Source: Patescibacteria group bacterium (GTDB lineage Bacteria > Patescibacteriota > Minisyncoccia > Phycocordibacterales > SIBU01). Taken from it: 64,000 nucleotides of DNA. The position numbers were made by a program, and so were the translations under genes. Where the stretch lies: positions 115 to 64,114 of the forward strand of contig JAZJZC010000003.1 in NCBI GenBank assembly GCA_040390045.1, given 5' to 3'. Of the stretch, positions 46,782 to 55,550 are shown one piece after another (the stretch's first letter is position 1; every line of letters begins with the position of its first letter). Under the pieces are notes generated by a model. It was not told the origin of the DNA. It did not search any database and saw only the letters and a program-made list of their open reading frames with translations.

Positions 46782-49334
46782 TTGCTCACGATTTTCTATA
46801 ATGGTGGGATGTCTGAACGAATACTTTTGGGACAAGGTGATCTCGACAAAAAGGCGCACGAAGAAGTACCAGTTGGCCTTTTAGAGAATGCTTTACTTTT
46901 AAAAAATAGAGAAAAAAATTCTGCGCAGGCCGTTCGAGCATGGATTGCTGGTGATCAGAATAGGCTCGCGGCGGTTGAAGTCGCGTTGGCTGAGAAGGTT
47001 CAAGATGAACATGAAATAAGTTTCGCAACGCTTGAACTTTTGGGGGAAATTGAGCAAGAACGGGGACTTGTTTTTGTAAATGAAAAACTAGCTTGGAATT
47101 TAGAAATGAACCCCGATCTTTTTTCTGGTGATGCAGTGCGGTACATTCAAGAAAACATTCGAGGCACTAATCCTGAGGCCAATCTCGCATTTCACAAGTT
47201 TCTAGATTTTGTCCACCAACAGGCCGTCACCGTTCAGGACCCACCCCTTAGGCAAAAACTTAACAGCGCGAAGCAGCTTCACTCTAGAAGAGGGTTTTTT
47301 CTAGATTTTTGTTATTTGGCTGAGCGGGAACTTCCAAATTGTCGCAATTATCTCATTCAAAAACACGTTCAGGATATTTTAGAGACGTGGCGACAAGCAG
47401 GTTCAAAAAAGAAAGGTGCACTTCCAGGGATAGCTGGCGGTGCAAGTGATCAAACGATATATACGTTTTCTCATGTTGGGGAGTCATATAGAAACGCTTT
47501 GAAATTAGGCATCAATAGAGGTTACCCGCTAGCTCATCCCGTCCTTCCCATTTCTCCCGGATACTATGCTCAATATAGCAACGGCATAGTTGAAGATGTG
47601 TATCGCGAGCAAGGTGAGGTTTCAATAGAAGAAAAAGAGCGCCAGTATATTTCACAAAATGATCCGAGCGATGAATATATTTATGATGAAATAAATTCAT
47701 TCAATAGATCCAACCCAGGCCCCAACAGGAGAGGTCCGTCCAATGGTCTGCCATTATTCCAAAACATCTGGGATTTCGATAAACACTTGAAGGCAAGTGG
47801 GAGGACTTTTTATTATGACATCTCTAGAATTACCAACACGGATTTACATCCAGTTGTAGTCGGAGACTTTTATACAAGAAACCAACAGTACCGGCACACC
47901 CTAGGAGAAAAAGAAAACACTTCCCAGCCAATTTCTTACGATGATTTTATGCGTCAACTATATCCAGCAGGGGAATTGACTGAAGAAAAATTGTATCACT
48001 ACAAAAACCTGAGCAAGCTCCATATGCGAAAAAAAATCGAAGATGATTTCGGTTTTGATTTGTCGCAATCAGATTTGTGGACTCAGCGGATGTTTTTGGA
48101 GTTTTTAGAAACCCGAGATATTGAGAATGTGCAAAAACTTCAAAAATTTGTAAAAGAGTTCGGCTCAGCTGGTCTCAAAACCTTCCTTTCTCTTGAATAC
48201 GGTCCGGAATTTGGTGACGACATCATTGCACTCGGAGAAAAATTACCGAAAGCCGAAGCAGAAAAGATTTTTGCTAAGTATGGAGAATTGGTCGATGCAA
48301 CCACAGAAGCAGAAACTGCTTTACGTGAAAATTTTCCCAAGTCTCAAGTCACCCCAGAACTTGTTTCAGCCGCTCGAGAAAGTCTCTTAAAAAAGGGAAG
48401 AGACATGCTGGTTTCGTTCTCGGCGCAGGTCAAAGCCTCCGGTCAAGCTGGGCAAGCATTGTCTATCCCTAATCTAGAAAGAGAGCTTGAGCTATTGCGT
48501 GGAAACGCCGCGCTTTTCGCTGTGGGGTTTAAAGAGCTGTCGATGCGGGGAGAAAAATTAAATCTGGCTGAAATTAAAGGCGATGTCACCTTTGAGCAAG
48601 GGGTTTCTCCAGAAACATTTTCTCCTGCTGATCGAGAGCGGATGAAAGAATTGTATCGTATAAATTATGCCAAAACTCCCATATTCCAGAAAAAACTCAT
48701 TGAAGGGTTTGACCGTGTATTGAATGAGCCCGACAACCAATTTTATGTCTTACGATATGGGGGAGTTATCGAAGGTTTTTATCGTCTTGAAATAACGCCG
48801 CAAGACACGCTTTATTTTGGAGCCTTCAACTTAAATCCCAAGTACGCTGGTTCCGGTATCGGTGAAGCCTTAATGCGACAGTCTCTCGACGTACGGGCGA
48901 AAGAGGCAATCGTCAAGGCTAGTTGCACCGCTACTTTGCCAATCGCATCAAACTATATCGAGCGAGGTTTTGTCGGTACTAAAACAGAACAGGTGGATGA
49001 AGTGTATTCCATGAATATTATTCGCCACGATACCAAGGAAAATTTGTTTCGTTCAAAAGACCTCACAGAGCAGCAGATTATGGAAACCTGCGAAACCACT
49101 TCCGACTTTGTTTGCCGCAAAGTTCCATTGGGGCAACTTTCTTCCAAGGACTTTTCTCTCCTCGAAGAACAAGCCACAGACGGCGCTTCACAATTTGTTC
49201 TTACTCGTTACATTCGAGATAAGCAGAGTAAACAAAATGCGAGTGCATACCTTGTGTTTGAAAAAACCACTCAGGATACTTTAGATAACTTTTCTACTCC
49301 CGAGAAGCCGCTACGGTTTTCTCATCAGGAATAA
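46782..49334 (+). CDS. Large cytoplasmic protein of unknown function with C-terminal GNAT (acetyltransferase)-like domain
   Basis: 850 aa; C-terminal …YRLEITPQDTLYFGAFNLNPKYAGSGIGEALMRQ… resembles the GNAT motif A. Confidence 0.55.
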   Translation: MLTIFYNGGMSERILLGQGDLDKKAHEEVPVGLLENALLLKNREKNSAQAVRAWIAGDQNRLAAVEVALAEKVQDEHEISFATLELLGEIEQERGLVFVNEKLAWNLEMNPDLFSGDAVRYIQENIRGTNPEANLAFHKFLDFVHQQAVTVQDPPLRQKLNSAKQLHSRRGFFLDFCYLAERELPNCRNYLIQKHVQDILETWRQAGSKKKGALPGIAGGASDQTIYTFSHVGESYRNALKLGINRGYPLAHPVLPISPGYYAQYSNGIVEDVYREQGEVSIEEKERQYISQNDPSDEYIYDEINSFNRSNPGPNRRGPSNGLPLFQNIWDFDKHLKASGRTFYYDISRITNTDLHPVVVGDFYTRNQQYRHTLGEKENTSQPISYDDFMRQLYPAGELTEEKLYHYKNLSKLHMRKKIEDDFGFDLSQSDLWTQRMFLEFLETRDIENVQKLQKFVKEFGSAGLKTFLSLEYGPEFGDDIIALGEKLPKAEAEKIFAKYGELVDATTEAETALRENFPKSQVTPELVSAARESLLKKGRDMLVSFSAQVKASGQAGQALSIPNLERELELLRGNAALFAVGFKELSMRGEKLNLAEIKGDVTFEQGVSPETFSPADRERMKELYRINYAKTPIFQKKLIEGFDRVLNEPDNQFYVLRYGGVIEGFYRLEITPQDTLYFGAFNLNPKYAGSGIGEALMRQSLDVRAKEAIVKASCTATLPIASNYIERGFVGTKTEQVDEVYSMNIIRHDTKENLFRSKDLTEQQIMETCETTSDFVCRKVPLGQLSSKDFSLLEEQATDGASQFVLTRYIRDKQSKQNASAYLVFEKTTQDTLDNFSTPEKPLRFSHQE

Positions 49335-50088
49335 TTTTCCACTGGTACTCGAAAAGATTTCGGTGGAGTGCTGCAATGCGAGAGTCTTCAATGATGACTC
49401 CGATTTTTTGGTTTTCGGTCAGAGTGATGTACGAGACTTTGTTGTCATAAATTTGCATGATGGTATGCGATGGTGCGGTAGGGAAGGCAATAAATTTATT
49501 TTCAGTAATGTCCGGATTGTAGTTTTGTAACAGTTTCCGTGCTTCCGGTGAATCAAAGATCAACCCTTTTTTCTTGGTATTAAATTTTCTTCGCTTGGCG
49601 ACGTAGTCTTTGTTTATTTCCGAAATATATTTTTCAATAGAAATAATATCCGAGTAGGCATAAATTTCTGATTGAGCGGTGAGCGAATCTTCCAACACTT
49701 TTTTCATACCATCCATCCCCTCATAAAATTGCACGTTAGGTTTTCCCGATAGCAGATTAAAATCAGAAACCATTTTTCCCATGATTCCGCCAAGACTCGC
49801 CTCTGCGGTTTTTATAGCTTCTTCGCGTTTTTGCAGAAGATCGCGGAGCTTTCCTGGGTGGGTAGGGAAGAAGAGTGTGATCTTTCCAACGTTATCCCTT
49901 TTTTCTACCAAACCAAAGACTATCAACTGTTCTAGTATTTTGTACGCAAGGCTTCTTTTTACCCCCGATTTTTGCGCTACCACTCGGGCTGGCATAAGGC
50001 CGTTTTTTAGTAAGGATTCATACACCAAGGACTGCTCTTTATTGAGCCCGAGTTCTCCTAAAAATTTTTCGTATTGAATGTTTTCCAT
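49294..50088 (-). CDS. TrmB-family HTH transcriptional regulator
   Basis: N-terminal wHTH LGLNKEQSLVYESLLKNGLMPARVVAQKSGVKRSLAYKILEQLIVFGLVEK; start placed at MENIQYEKF. Confidence 0.6.
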   Translation of the reverse strand: MENIQYEKFLGELGLNKEQSLVYESLLKNGLMPARVVAQKSGVKRSLAYKILEQLIVFGLVEKRDNVGKITLFFPTHPGKLRDLLQKREEAIKTAEASLGGIMGKMVSDFNLLSGKPNVQFYEGMDGMKKVLEDSLTAQSEIYAYSDIISIEKYISEINKDYVAKRRKFNTKKKGLIFDSPEARKLLQNYNPDITENKFIAFPTAPSHTIMQIYDNKVSYITLTENQKIGVIIEDSRIAALHRNLFEYQWKIIPDEKTVAASRE

Positions 50089-50129
50089 GCCACAAGTATA
50101 GCATTTATATGTTTTTGTCACAAGTATAT

Positions 50130-50882
50130 GACAATATTGATATGTGGATAAGCCATATTTAACAAGCTGTTACAGCTAAATAGCCGTATTTGCCATAGTT
50201 AATTGACAGAACAAATTAAAACTGTTACTATTTTGCGCAGAGAGTTTAGGTCATTGAGGAGATAGCTAAAAGATTGTTCCCCGCCTCTAGTTCGAAAGAA
50301 AGGTACTACGGCCTTCCGCCACAGCGGACTAAGCGTAGAAAGAAGAGAGGAAGGGGAGAGAAACAGCCTTTTGAATATCTTGTTTCGAATGATGAGTGTT
50401 CTACATATAGTCAGGCTTCGAAACCCTACTAGATGAAGGAGCTATGTCTTTAAGACAAACTTATCGCACGGAGTTCGGCGAGTAATCGCCAGGACATCGA
50501 TGGCGCAAAAAGTCTAACCCGCTTTATGCGTCAAAATGTCCTTACGCCAAGAAGCCGCACAAAAAGAGAGTTGTGCGGAAGTGAAAGGAAAGAGTAAGGA
50601 AGATGTTTGAAAAATAAATAGCGAATCAGGAAAACGCGAAACAAGAAATGTGTTTTGCAATGTTGTTCCTCTTCGCCCCACTCATTAAAAGTTTTTACTT
50701 GAGGTTGGTGGGGTAAGAGGGAATGCAAATGCAATTCCTTTTGTGGCGTTCACGTTCGACAAGCAAGCGGGGACAGTCTAGACCCCCGCTAGCTTGTCGA
50801 AAAATTCTTAGAGACATATCTGAAATGCCGAAAAAAGGCAGGATGTGGAAAGTGGAGATAGTATCAACATTTTCATTTTGAG
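50130..50882. other. ~750-bp noncoding region at the left edge of the high-GC island; multiple hairpins, no supportable ORF
   Basis: GC rises from ~40% to ~50% across it; hairpins at 50553-50578 and 50757-50799; isolated perfect DnaA-box 9-mer TGTGGATAA at 50142-50150. Confidence 0.4.
50757..50799. promoter_or_regulatory. Strong GC-rich hairpin (8+6 bp stem, 11-nt loop containing GTCTAGAC) without a flanking U-tract
   Basis: CGACAAGCaaGCGGGGacagtctagacCCCCGCtaGCTTGTCG. Confidence 0.4.
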
Positions 50883-51239
50883 ATGAGTGAATTCACCATG
50901 ATTAAAATTAACTTCTCCGGCCACCCGGTGGCCGGATTCGACGTTGCTCCTTTGGTGGGAGCCAACCTGCCTTTCGAGGCAGCTACCTTGGCCGAGACGG
51001 TTCGGGAACTCATTTTGGCCCTCCCTGGCCGGGATGAGCTCCTCAAAGGGGCCAAGGCGGAGATAATTCTCCCCGGCCTTGGCAGTGCCGTGGCCGTTTT
51101 GTTGGCCGAATGGCATGGCCAGTTCGGCAACTGGCCCTCGATCCGGTGGGCCGTCCGCGGGGAGAAGGGGTTCACTTGGCCCGACGAGGCCCGGGTGGAC
51201 TTGAACTCCGTGCGGGAGTCCGCACGGACCGCTCGCTAG
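50883..51239 (+). CDS. Hypothetical protein (high-GC island)
   Basis: 118-aa ORF with GC3-rich codon usage distinct from the host; no recognisable motif. Confidence 0.5.
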   Translation: MSEFTMIKINFSGHPVAGFDVAPLVGANLPFEAATLAETVRELILALPGRDELLKGAKAEIILPGLGSAVAVLLAEWHGQFGNWPSIRWAVRGEKGFTWPDEARVDLNSVRESARTAR

Positions 51240-51402
51240 TTGCGGACAAAAATCCCAGAGCAATCTGGTTGCGACAAAATCCGGTCGTGTAAATCGAGGT
51301 AAAAAGTTTGTCCCCGTTTTCTTGGAAAAATGGAGAGTCGTGAAGGAGCAGAACTTCCGTCAGGATGACTGTCGACAATAGTCATGAGGGTTAAATTTAT
51401 CT

Positions 51403-51428
51403 GGAGAAGTTTTGGTTAAAACTTCTCC
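51403..51428. repeat. Perfect hairpin GGAGAAGTTTT-ggtt-AAAACTTCTCC (island hairpin family copy 1), preceded by a second hairpin at 51365-51385
   Basis: Exact 11-bp inverted arms; loop context TTTTGGTTAAAA is shared with copy 2. Confidence 0.6.
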
Positions 51429-51522
51429 TACTTATCAAGTTCATAAAATTATTTTGTGAACTTTTAGGTATCAGAGATGTTCTTTCCAGAAATGGTGGCG
51501 CAAATATTTCGCGCTTCTGTTT

Positions 51523-51969
51523 ATGGAAAGAACACTTGTATTGATAAAACCTTTGGGGCTCCAGAATTCACTTCTGGAAATCCTCCGGGCTTTGAAGTCG
51601 ATTGGCACTATTGTTGAAAGGCAATTGGTTCCGGTTTCAAGTGAGCGGATAGCCGCCCATTACGCCGAACACTCCACAAAGGCGTGGTTCGGCAAGATCG
51701 TGGGTTACTACCACGGTCAGACAGTGATGGCGCTGGTCCTCGAGGGGCCCGACGTCACCGCACGCTTGCGTGGAATTGTCGGACCATCCGACCCGCGGAA
51801 GGCAGCACCCGGACAAATTCGGGCGCTCGTCCTGGCCAAGTTCCAGGATAAAAAAGACGGGTGGCGAGCGATAGAGCTCGTCACTTCTGGCGTGGACAAT
51901 TTTATCCACGCCTCGGACTCTCCGGAGGCCGCCGAGCGAGAAATCGCTCTGTGGTTTCCAAAAAAATAA
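51523..51969 (+). CDS. ndk: Nucleoside diphosphate kinase homolog (divergent)
   Basis: LVLIKPLG…HYAEH…VMALVLEG…NFIHASDSPEAAEREIALWF aligns with the NDK catalytic His loop NxxHGSD and the conserved Lys, Tyr and Glu. Confidence 0.75.
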   Translation: MERTLVLIKPLGLQNSLLEILRALKSIGTIVERQLVPVSSERIAAHYAEHSTKAWFGKIVGYYHGQTVMALVLEGPDVTARLRGIVGPSDPRKAAPGQIRALVLAKFQDKKDGWRAIELVTSGVDNFIHASDSPEAAEREIALWFPKK

Positions 51970-52099
51970 TTTGGGTTTTCAAAGGAGAAGCAAAGGGTTT
52001 TGCTTCTCCTCTTTATTTGGCTCGCGGTAACCGTATGTACGGAAGTATCGTTGGTCAATCAAGAAACCATTCAGCGCAGTGTTGCGCTAGAAAGGAAGT

Positions 52100-52567
52100 A
52101 TGGATATAAAAAAACTTTTCGCCTTGGCAGATAGGGCGAAAACAATTGAGGCAGGGCAAAATTATGCCCTGCCCAATGCGGTGTTTTGCGTTCTCCTCGA
52201 TGTCCTATTCAAGGGCAAAGAGGGAGCGCAGAGTCTCAGGGTGGAACTTGAGACTGAAGATTCAGACGGGTTGTATGTCAACGAGGCGTATTACGACCTG
52301 TTCGTTCTCCGTCATTCCGACGGAGAAGGCTTGTGCATCCCCGCGCCGCTTCTCCATGTGGAGACGGCGATGACCCTAACGAAGAGGGCGCTCGTCACTG
52401 TCAGAGGACAGCACGACCGGCAACATGAGCCGGCCGAATCGGAAGAGTTCTTTAGGCTGTGGGAACAATTCCACGAAGAAGTCTCGCCGGCGAGACTTCT
52501 CGACTCTGTCCGTGAACATCTCAGCAAGTCTGCCCGCTTGGCAGCGGGTTTCCTTGAGACTGAATAA
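52100..52567 (+). CDS. Hypothetical protein (high-GC island)
   Basis: 155-aa ORF, island codon usage, followed by an intrinsic terminator. Confidence 0.45.
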   Translation: MDIKKLFALADRAKTIEAGQNYALPNAVFCVLLDVLFKGKEGAQSLRVELETEDSDGLYVNEAYYDLFVLRHSDGEGLCIPAPLLHVETAMTLTKRALVTVRGQHDRQHEPAESEEFFRLWEQFHEEVSPARLLDSVREHLSKSARLAAGFLETE

Positions 52568-52637
52568 AATAAGTTGAAGGTTACAAGGGAAGAGTGACTT
52601 CCTAATCCTCCGGGATAAATTGTCGCAAGGGTTTATC

Positions 52638-52668
52638 GAGCACCAATATCTTTTGGTGCTCGGGTTTT
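52638..52668 (+). terminator. Intrinsic terminator after the 52100-52567 ORF
   Basis: GAGCACCAA tatctt TTGGTGCTC followed by GGGTTTTTG. Confidence 0.6.
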
Positions 52669-52669
52669 T

Positions 52670-52697
52670 GGAGAAACTTTTGGTTAAAAGTTTCTCC
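52670..52697. repeat. Perfect hairpin GGAGAAACTTTT-ggtt-AAAAGTTTCTCC (island hairpin family copy 2)
   Basis: Exact 12-bp inverted arms; the stem differs from copy 1 by compensatory substitutions; same ggtt loop. Confidence 0.6.
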
Positions 52698-52788
52698 TCT
52701 CGATCGGGCTTGCAATTAATTTTGTAAATCCGTAGAGAGCAATCTCGAACCGCGCTCCGCAGGCGTAACCATCTGTGGAAAATGCCTT

Positions 52789-53607
52789 TTGAAAGGAGGG
52801 CGAAAAATGAATCAGTTCTATAAAGTGCAAAAGGGGATTGGGTCGCCGGGGAAACTCTGGACTGGGGATAAAAATATCCCCGCGGAGCCAACGGTGGCCG
52901 AGGCAAAACTGTTCGAGATGACGTGCGCATGCGGTGCAACAACTCGAAAGCTCTACCTCGACAACCGCCTCACGGGAGACACACTGAAAGCGGTCGACAT
53001 TTCGAAGATTCCCCTTCTCCACATCGCGACGGGTGGTGTTGGTTCCATCTCCTCCGCTACTTCGGTGGAGGGGGAGAAGGGAATCCACTCCAGCAAAGAA
53101 AACCAGTTGCAGAGCACCTGCAACTGGTCTGGCCGCATCGGGGGATACGCGGTGGTGAACCCGGTCGCTGTCATCAGCGGCCGAAAGATATATCATCCGC
53201 CTCCAGCCACTCAGGGTTTTCATTGGGAGAACGTCTATAGCGGGTCCACTCTCACCGAGTGGATTTTGGTGGCGGACGATGTCACTCGGCACTCACTGCC
53301 GGTGATTAGCCTCCAGCGGACCTGCCCGATTTGCCGCAAAAAGCAGGAGGTTGCGGAGCTTCCCGAAGATCTCACGGTCACTCGCGATGAGCTGACAGTC
53401 GCAGGACTGTCGGAGGAGCAACTGGAGGAAGCGCTCTCTTCTATGGTTAACATGGAGGGAGGTGGGGAAGTTAGAACTTCTCCAAATCTTTCTGCAAGGT
53501 TACTCCTTGCCTACACCCATTCCGAGAGTTGTTGGTGCTCGGAGGCAATTGTGGCGGCCATCAAGGCAGCCAAAAAGCGTTCGGTGCAATCGCCGGCCGT
53601 CGTCTGA
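52789..53607 (+). CDS. Hypothetical protein with Cys-x2-Cys pairs (possible zinc ribbon), high-GC island
   Basis: 272-aa ORF; CACGATTRK … CPICRKK motifs. Confidence 0.45.
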   Translation: MKGGRKMNQFYKVQKGIGSPGKLWTGDKNIPAEPTVAEAKLFEMTCACGATTRKLYLDNRLTGDTLKAVDISKIPLLHIATGGVGSISSATSVEGEKGIHSSKENQLQSTCNWSGRIGGYAVVNPVAVISGRKIYHPPPATQGFHWENVYSGSTLTEWILVADDVTRHSLPVISLQRTCPICRKKQEVAELPEDLTVTRDELTVAGLSEEQLEEALSSMVNMEGGGEVRTSPNLSARLLLAYTHSESCWCSEAIVAAIKAAKKRSVQSPAVV

Positions 53608-53832
53608 AAATTTTGCGCGTTTTAATTACAAAACGCGTTGCACCCGCAAAGTGGGAAAGGGTTAACACGTGAACGTTGCGGCGTTCATTAAAAAAACAAT
53701 TTTCCAGCACTGCCTTGGTCGGTGGTGTTGGACTTTATCGGGCTCGCGAATTTATTTCGTGCGTCCGTAGAGGTGGCCATTTTTTAAAAAATATCTAATC
53801 AGGTTCAGAATATAAAATTTAAATTTTGAATT

Positions 53833-54930
53833 TTGTATTCTGAACCTGATGACAGAAAAAAATTAAAAAATGTGAATACACCAAATCAAACAATGGTTGA
53901 GTTGGCGGCAAAGTACAAAAAAGCCGCCGATGAAAAAATGGAAGAAATCGTACACCTCTCAAAAGTTTCGCAGGACTCTGCGTACAGAGAGGGATTCAGG
54001 CACGAGGCTCTTTGTCGAGCTCAAACGGCCGCCGAGACTGACAAGGTCTTTTTTAGTGGCCTCGGGGTCAAGGGTGTTCTCATCCTTGGCATTTCAACTC
54101 TCGAGCCTAAAAAAGCTCAGAGCGTTATCGCCTCGTCAGGCGGTTGGAAGTCACACGCGAATTCGACCCTGCTCTGCCTAGATGGAGAGAAAGGGGAAAT
54201 TCGTAAGAACAAAGCGGGGACATGCTGGATCATCGATCTTGCATCTCCGCGGCGGACAGCCATGTTTGCGTGGGAATCCGGACCAAAGTCAGTTCGGCTC
54301 GCTGGACCTCGACTTAATACCACCAACGGCGCAGCTCACTGGTGTGGACTTGTGTCGGAGATGATGCCGTTCAATACGGAAATGTCCCCGCACACAGCTT
54401 CGTTTCTTAAGCGAGCCGTAGCTTGCATGACCGAACATGGGATGACCCCCAAGCAATGGGAGCGTGCCGAAAATGCTCGGCGTACTGCCGAGAGCGAACG
54501 ACGATCCGAGATCATCTGTGCCGCCACGAAGGCTGGGCAAATTGACGGTGTCGTTGTCTGTGTTGAGTGTGGTTGCAACCCAACTCGGGGTGAGAATTAT
54601 ATTCTTGCTGCCGAGGAGCTCGCCGGTACTACTGGCCCTGTGCCAGAAAATCTCGCGGAGTTAGTCCACGCGAAAATCGCGGCTACCAAACTGGCGGCCG
54701 AAGAAGCTCGGATTATGGCCGAGCTGAAATCTGAACAGCTTCGAATTACTGAGGCAAAAATCGAGGCGGAAGTCACAGCAAAACAACAGGTAGAAACTGA
54801 AAAAGTTTGCCGTTTGATCGGTGTCTCTTTTGCCGAATGGCAAGGACTGACGCCAAAACAACAAAGACAAGCGCTTCATCGCGCTCGTCTCGCGGGTAAA
54901 CTTCAAACGCAGAAATACAGAAATAAATGA
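53833..54930 (+). CDS. Hypothetical protein with Cys cluster (CVECGC) and C-terminal coiled coil, high-GC island
   Basis: 365-aa ORF; C-terminal A/E/K-rich helical region. Confidence 0.5.
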   Translation: MYSEPDDRKKLKNVNTPNQTMVELAAKYKKAADEKMEEIVHLSKVSQDSAYREGFRHEALCRAQTAAETDKVFFSGLGVKGVLILGISTLEPKKAQSVIASSGGWKSHANSTLLCLDGEKGEIRKNKAGTCWIIDLASPRRTAMFAWESGPKSVRLAGPRLNTTNGAAHWCGLVSEMMPFNTEMSPHTASFLKRAVACMTEHGMTPKQWERAENARRTAESERRSEIICAATKAGQIDGVVVCVECGCNPTRGENYILAAEELAGTTGPVPENLAELVHAKIAATKLAAEEARIMAELKSEQLRITEAKIEAEVTAKQQVETEKVCRLIGVSFAEWQGLTPKQQRQALHRARLAGKLQTQKYRNK

Positions 54931-55238
54931 ATCTTCAAGATTTAGTCCTCCTCCGCGTTTGGGTGGAGGGAAATCACAGTGCTCTGGAATGGAAGGTCGG
55001 TGATCGGACATTCCAGATACTGGGAATCAAAGGCGCGGAAGGGGGCTACGAGAGGTTTTTTGATCGCGGGAAGCACCCGATGCGCCAGAGAATCTCAGAA
55101 CAAGAGGTGATGAAGGCGCTCGAAAACGCCATATCACCTCTCGAACTTTACCAGAACGAAAAAGGTTCTGGGGAGTTTTTTCCCAACGCTGAAACGGCAC
55201 TTGATGCCGCGAAGCGTTGGGTCGGTCAGCGGGTCTGA
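54927..55238 (+). CDS. Hypothetical protein (high-GC island), 4-nt overlap with the upstream ORF
   Basis: 103-aa ORF translationally coupled (ATGA overlap) to 53833-54930. Confidence 0.4.
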   Translation: MNLQDLVLLRVWVEGNHSALEWKVGDRTFQILGIKGAEGGYERFFDRGKHPMRQRISEQEVMKALENAISPLELYQNEKGSGEFFPNAETALDAAKRWVGQRV

Positions 55239-55513
55239 CCAAATCACGGAGCGCGGACCTCCCTTAATTGTCCGACAAGTTTGCAAGTTCACGGAGAGTC
55301 TTGCAAAATTTCAGGGTTAAAAATTCTCCACTTCTAATGCAGCCATCATTCTAATATTCTTGTCCGTATCAAATGTAACCAATTATTTTAAAGGTACATT
55401 TGGGCGGGTTAAATTACGAGATTGATGCCGGTCACAAGCCCGAATAAATTGCAGAGTGGGATGTGTACCCCAAGGGGTTCACGAAGCGTGTGTTTCTCTC
55501 TTCGCACACAAAA

Positions 55514-55550
55514 CAAAACCGCCCCGATGTAGATCGGGGCGGTTTTGTTT
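55514..55550. terminator. Bidirectional intrinsic terminator immediately downstream of ruvB
   Basis: AAAACCGCCCCGAT gtag ATCGGGGCGGTTTTGTTTT. Confidence 0.75.

Noticed and set aside
44851-50150. Perfect DnaA-box 9-mers TGTGGATAA at 44851-44859 and 50142-50150 as origin markers
   Set aside because: They are isolated singletons far from dnaA. The expected chance count for a 9-mer on both strands of 64 kb is ~0.5, so two hits are weak evidence. The rpmH-dnaA/dnaA-dnaN spacers remain the better oriC candidates despite only imperfect boxes.
50700-50730. RNase P RNA-like motif GGTGGGGTAAGAGGG (cf. GGUGCGGUAAGAGCGCACC) and ACAAACTTATCG (cf. ACAGAAcCCGGCUUAUCG) in the island leader
   Set aside because: The two motifs occur in the wrong 5'-3' order for either strand, and no P4-forming GGAAAGUCCGG partner is present. 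Judged chance similarity; a cmscan would settle it.
50130-50882. tRNA or tmRNA gene as integration target at the island boundary
   Set aside because: T-loop-like TTCGAA strings (50291, 50412) lack flanking complementary T-stems and acceptor stems; no CCA-adjacent acceptor helix could be built. The same negative result applies to 56630-57368.
51403-52697. CRISPR array formed by the repeated GGAGAA…TTCTCC hairpins
   Set aside because: There are only two perfect copies ~1.2 kb apart, separated by protein-coding ORFs; there is no regular repeat-spacer periodicity. Not a CRISPR array.
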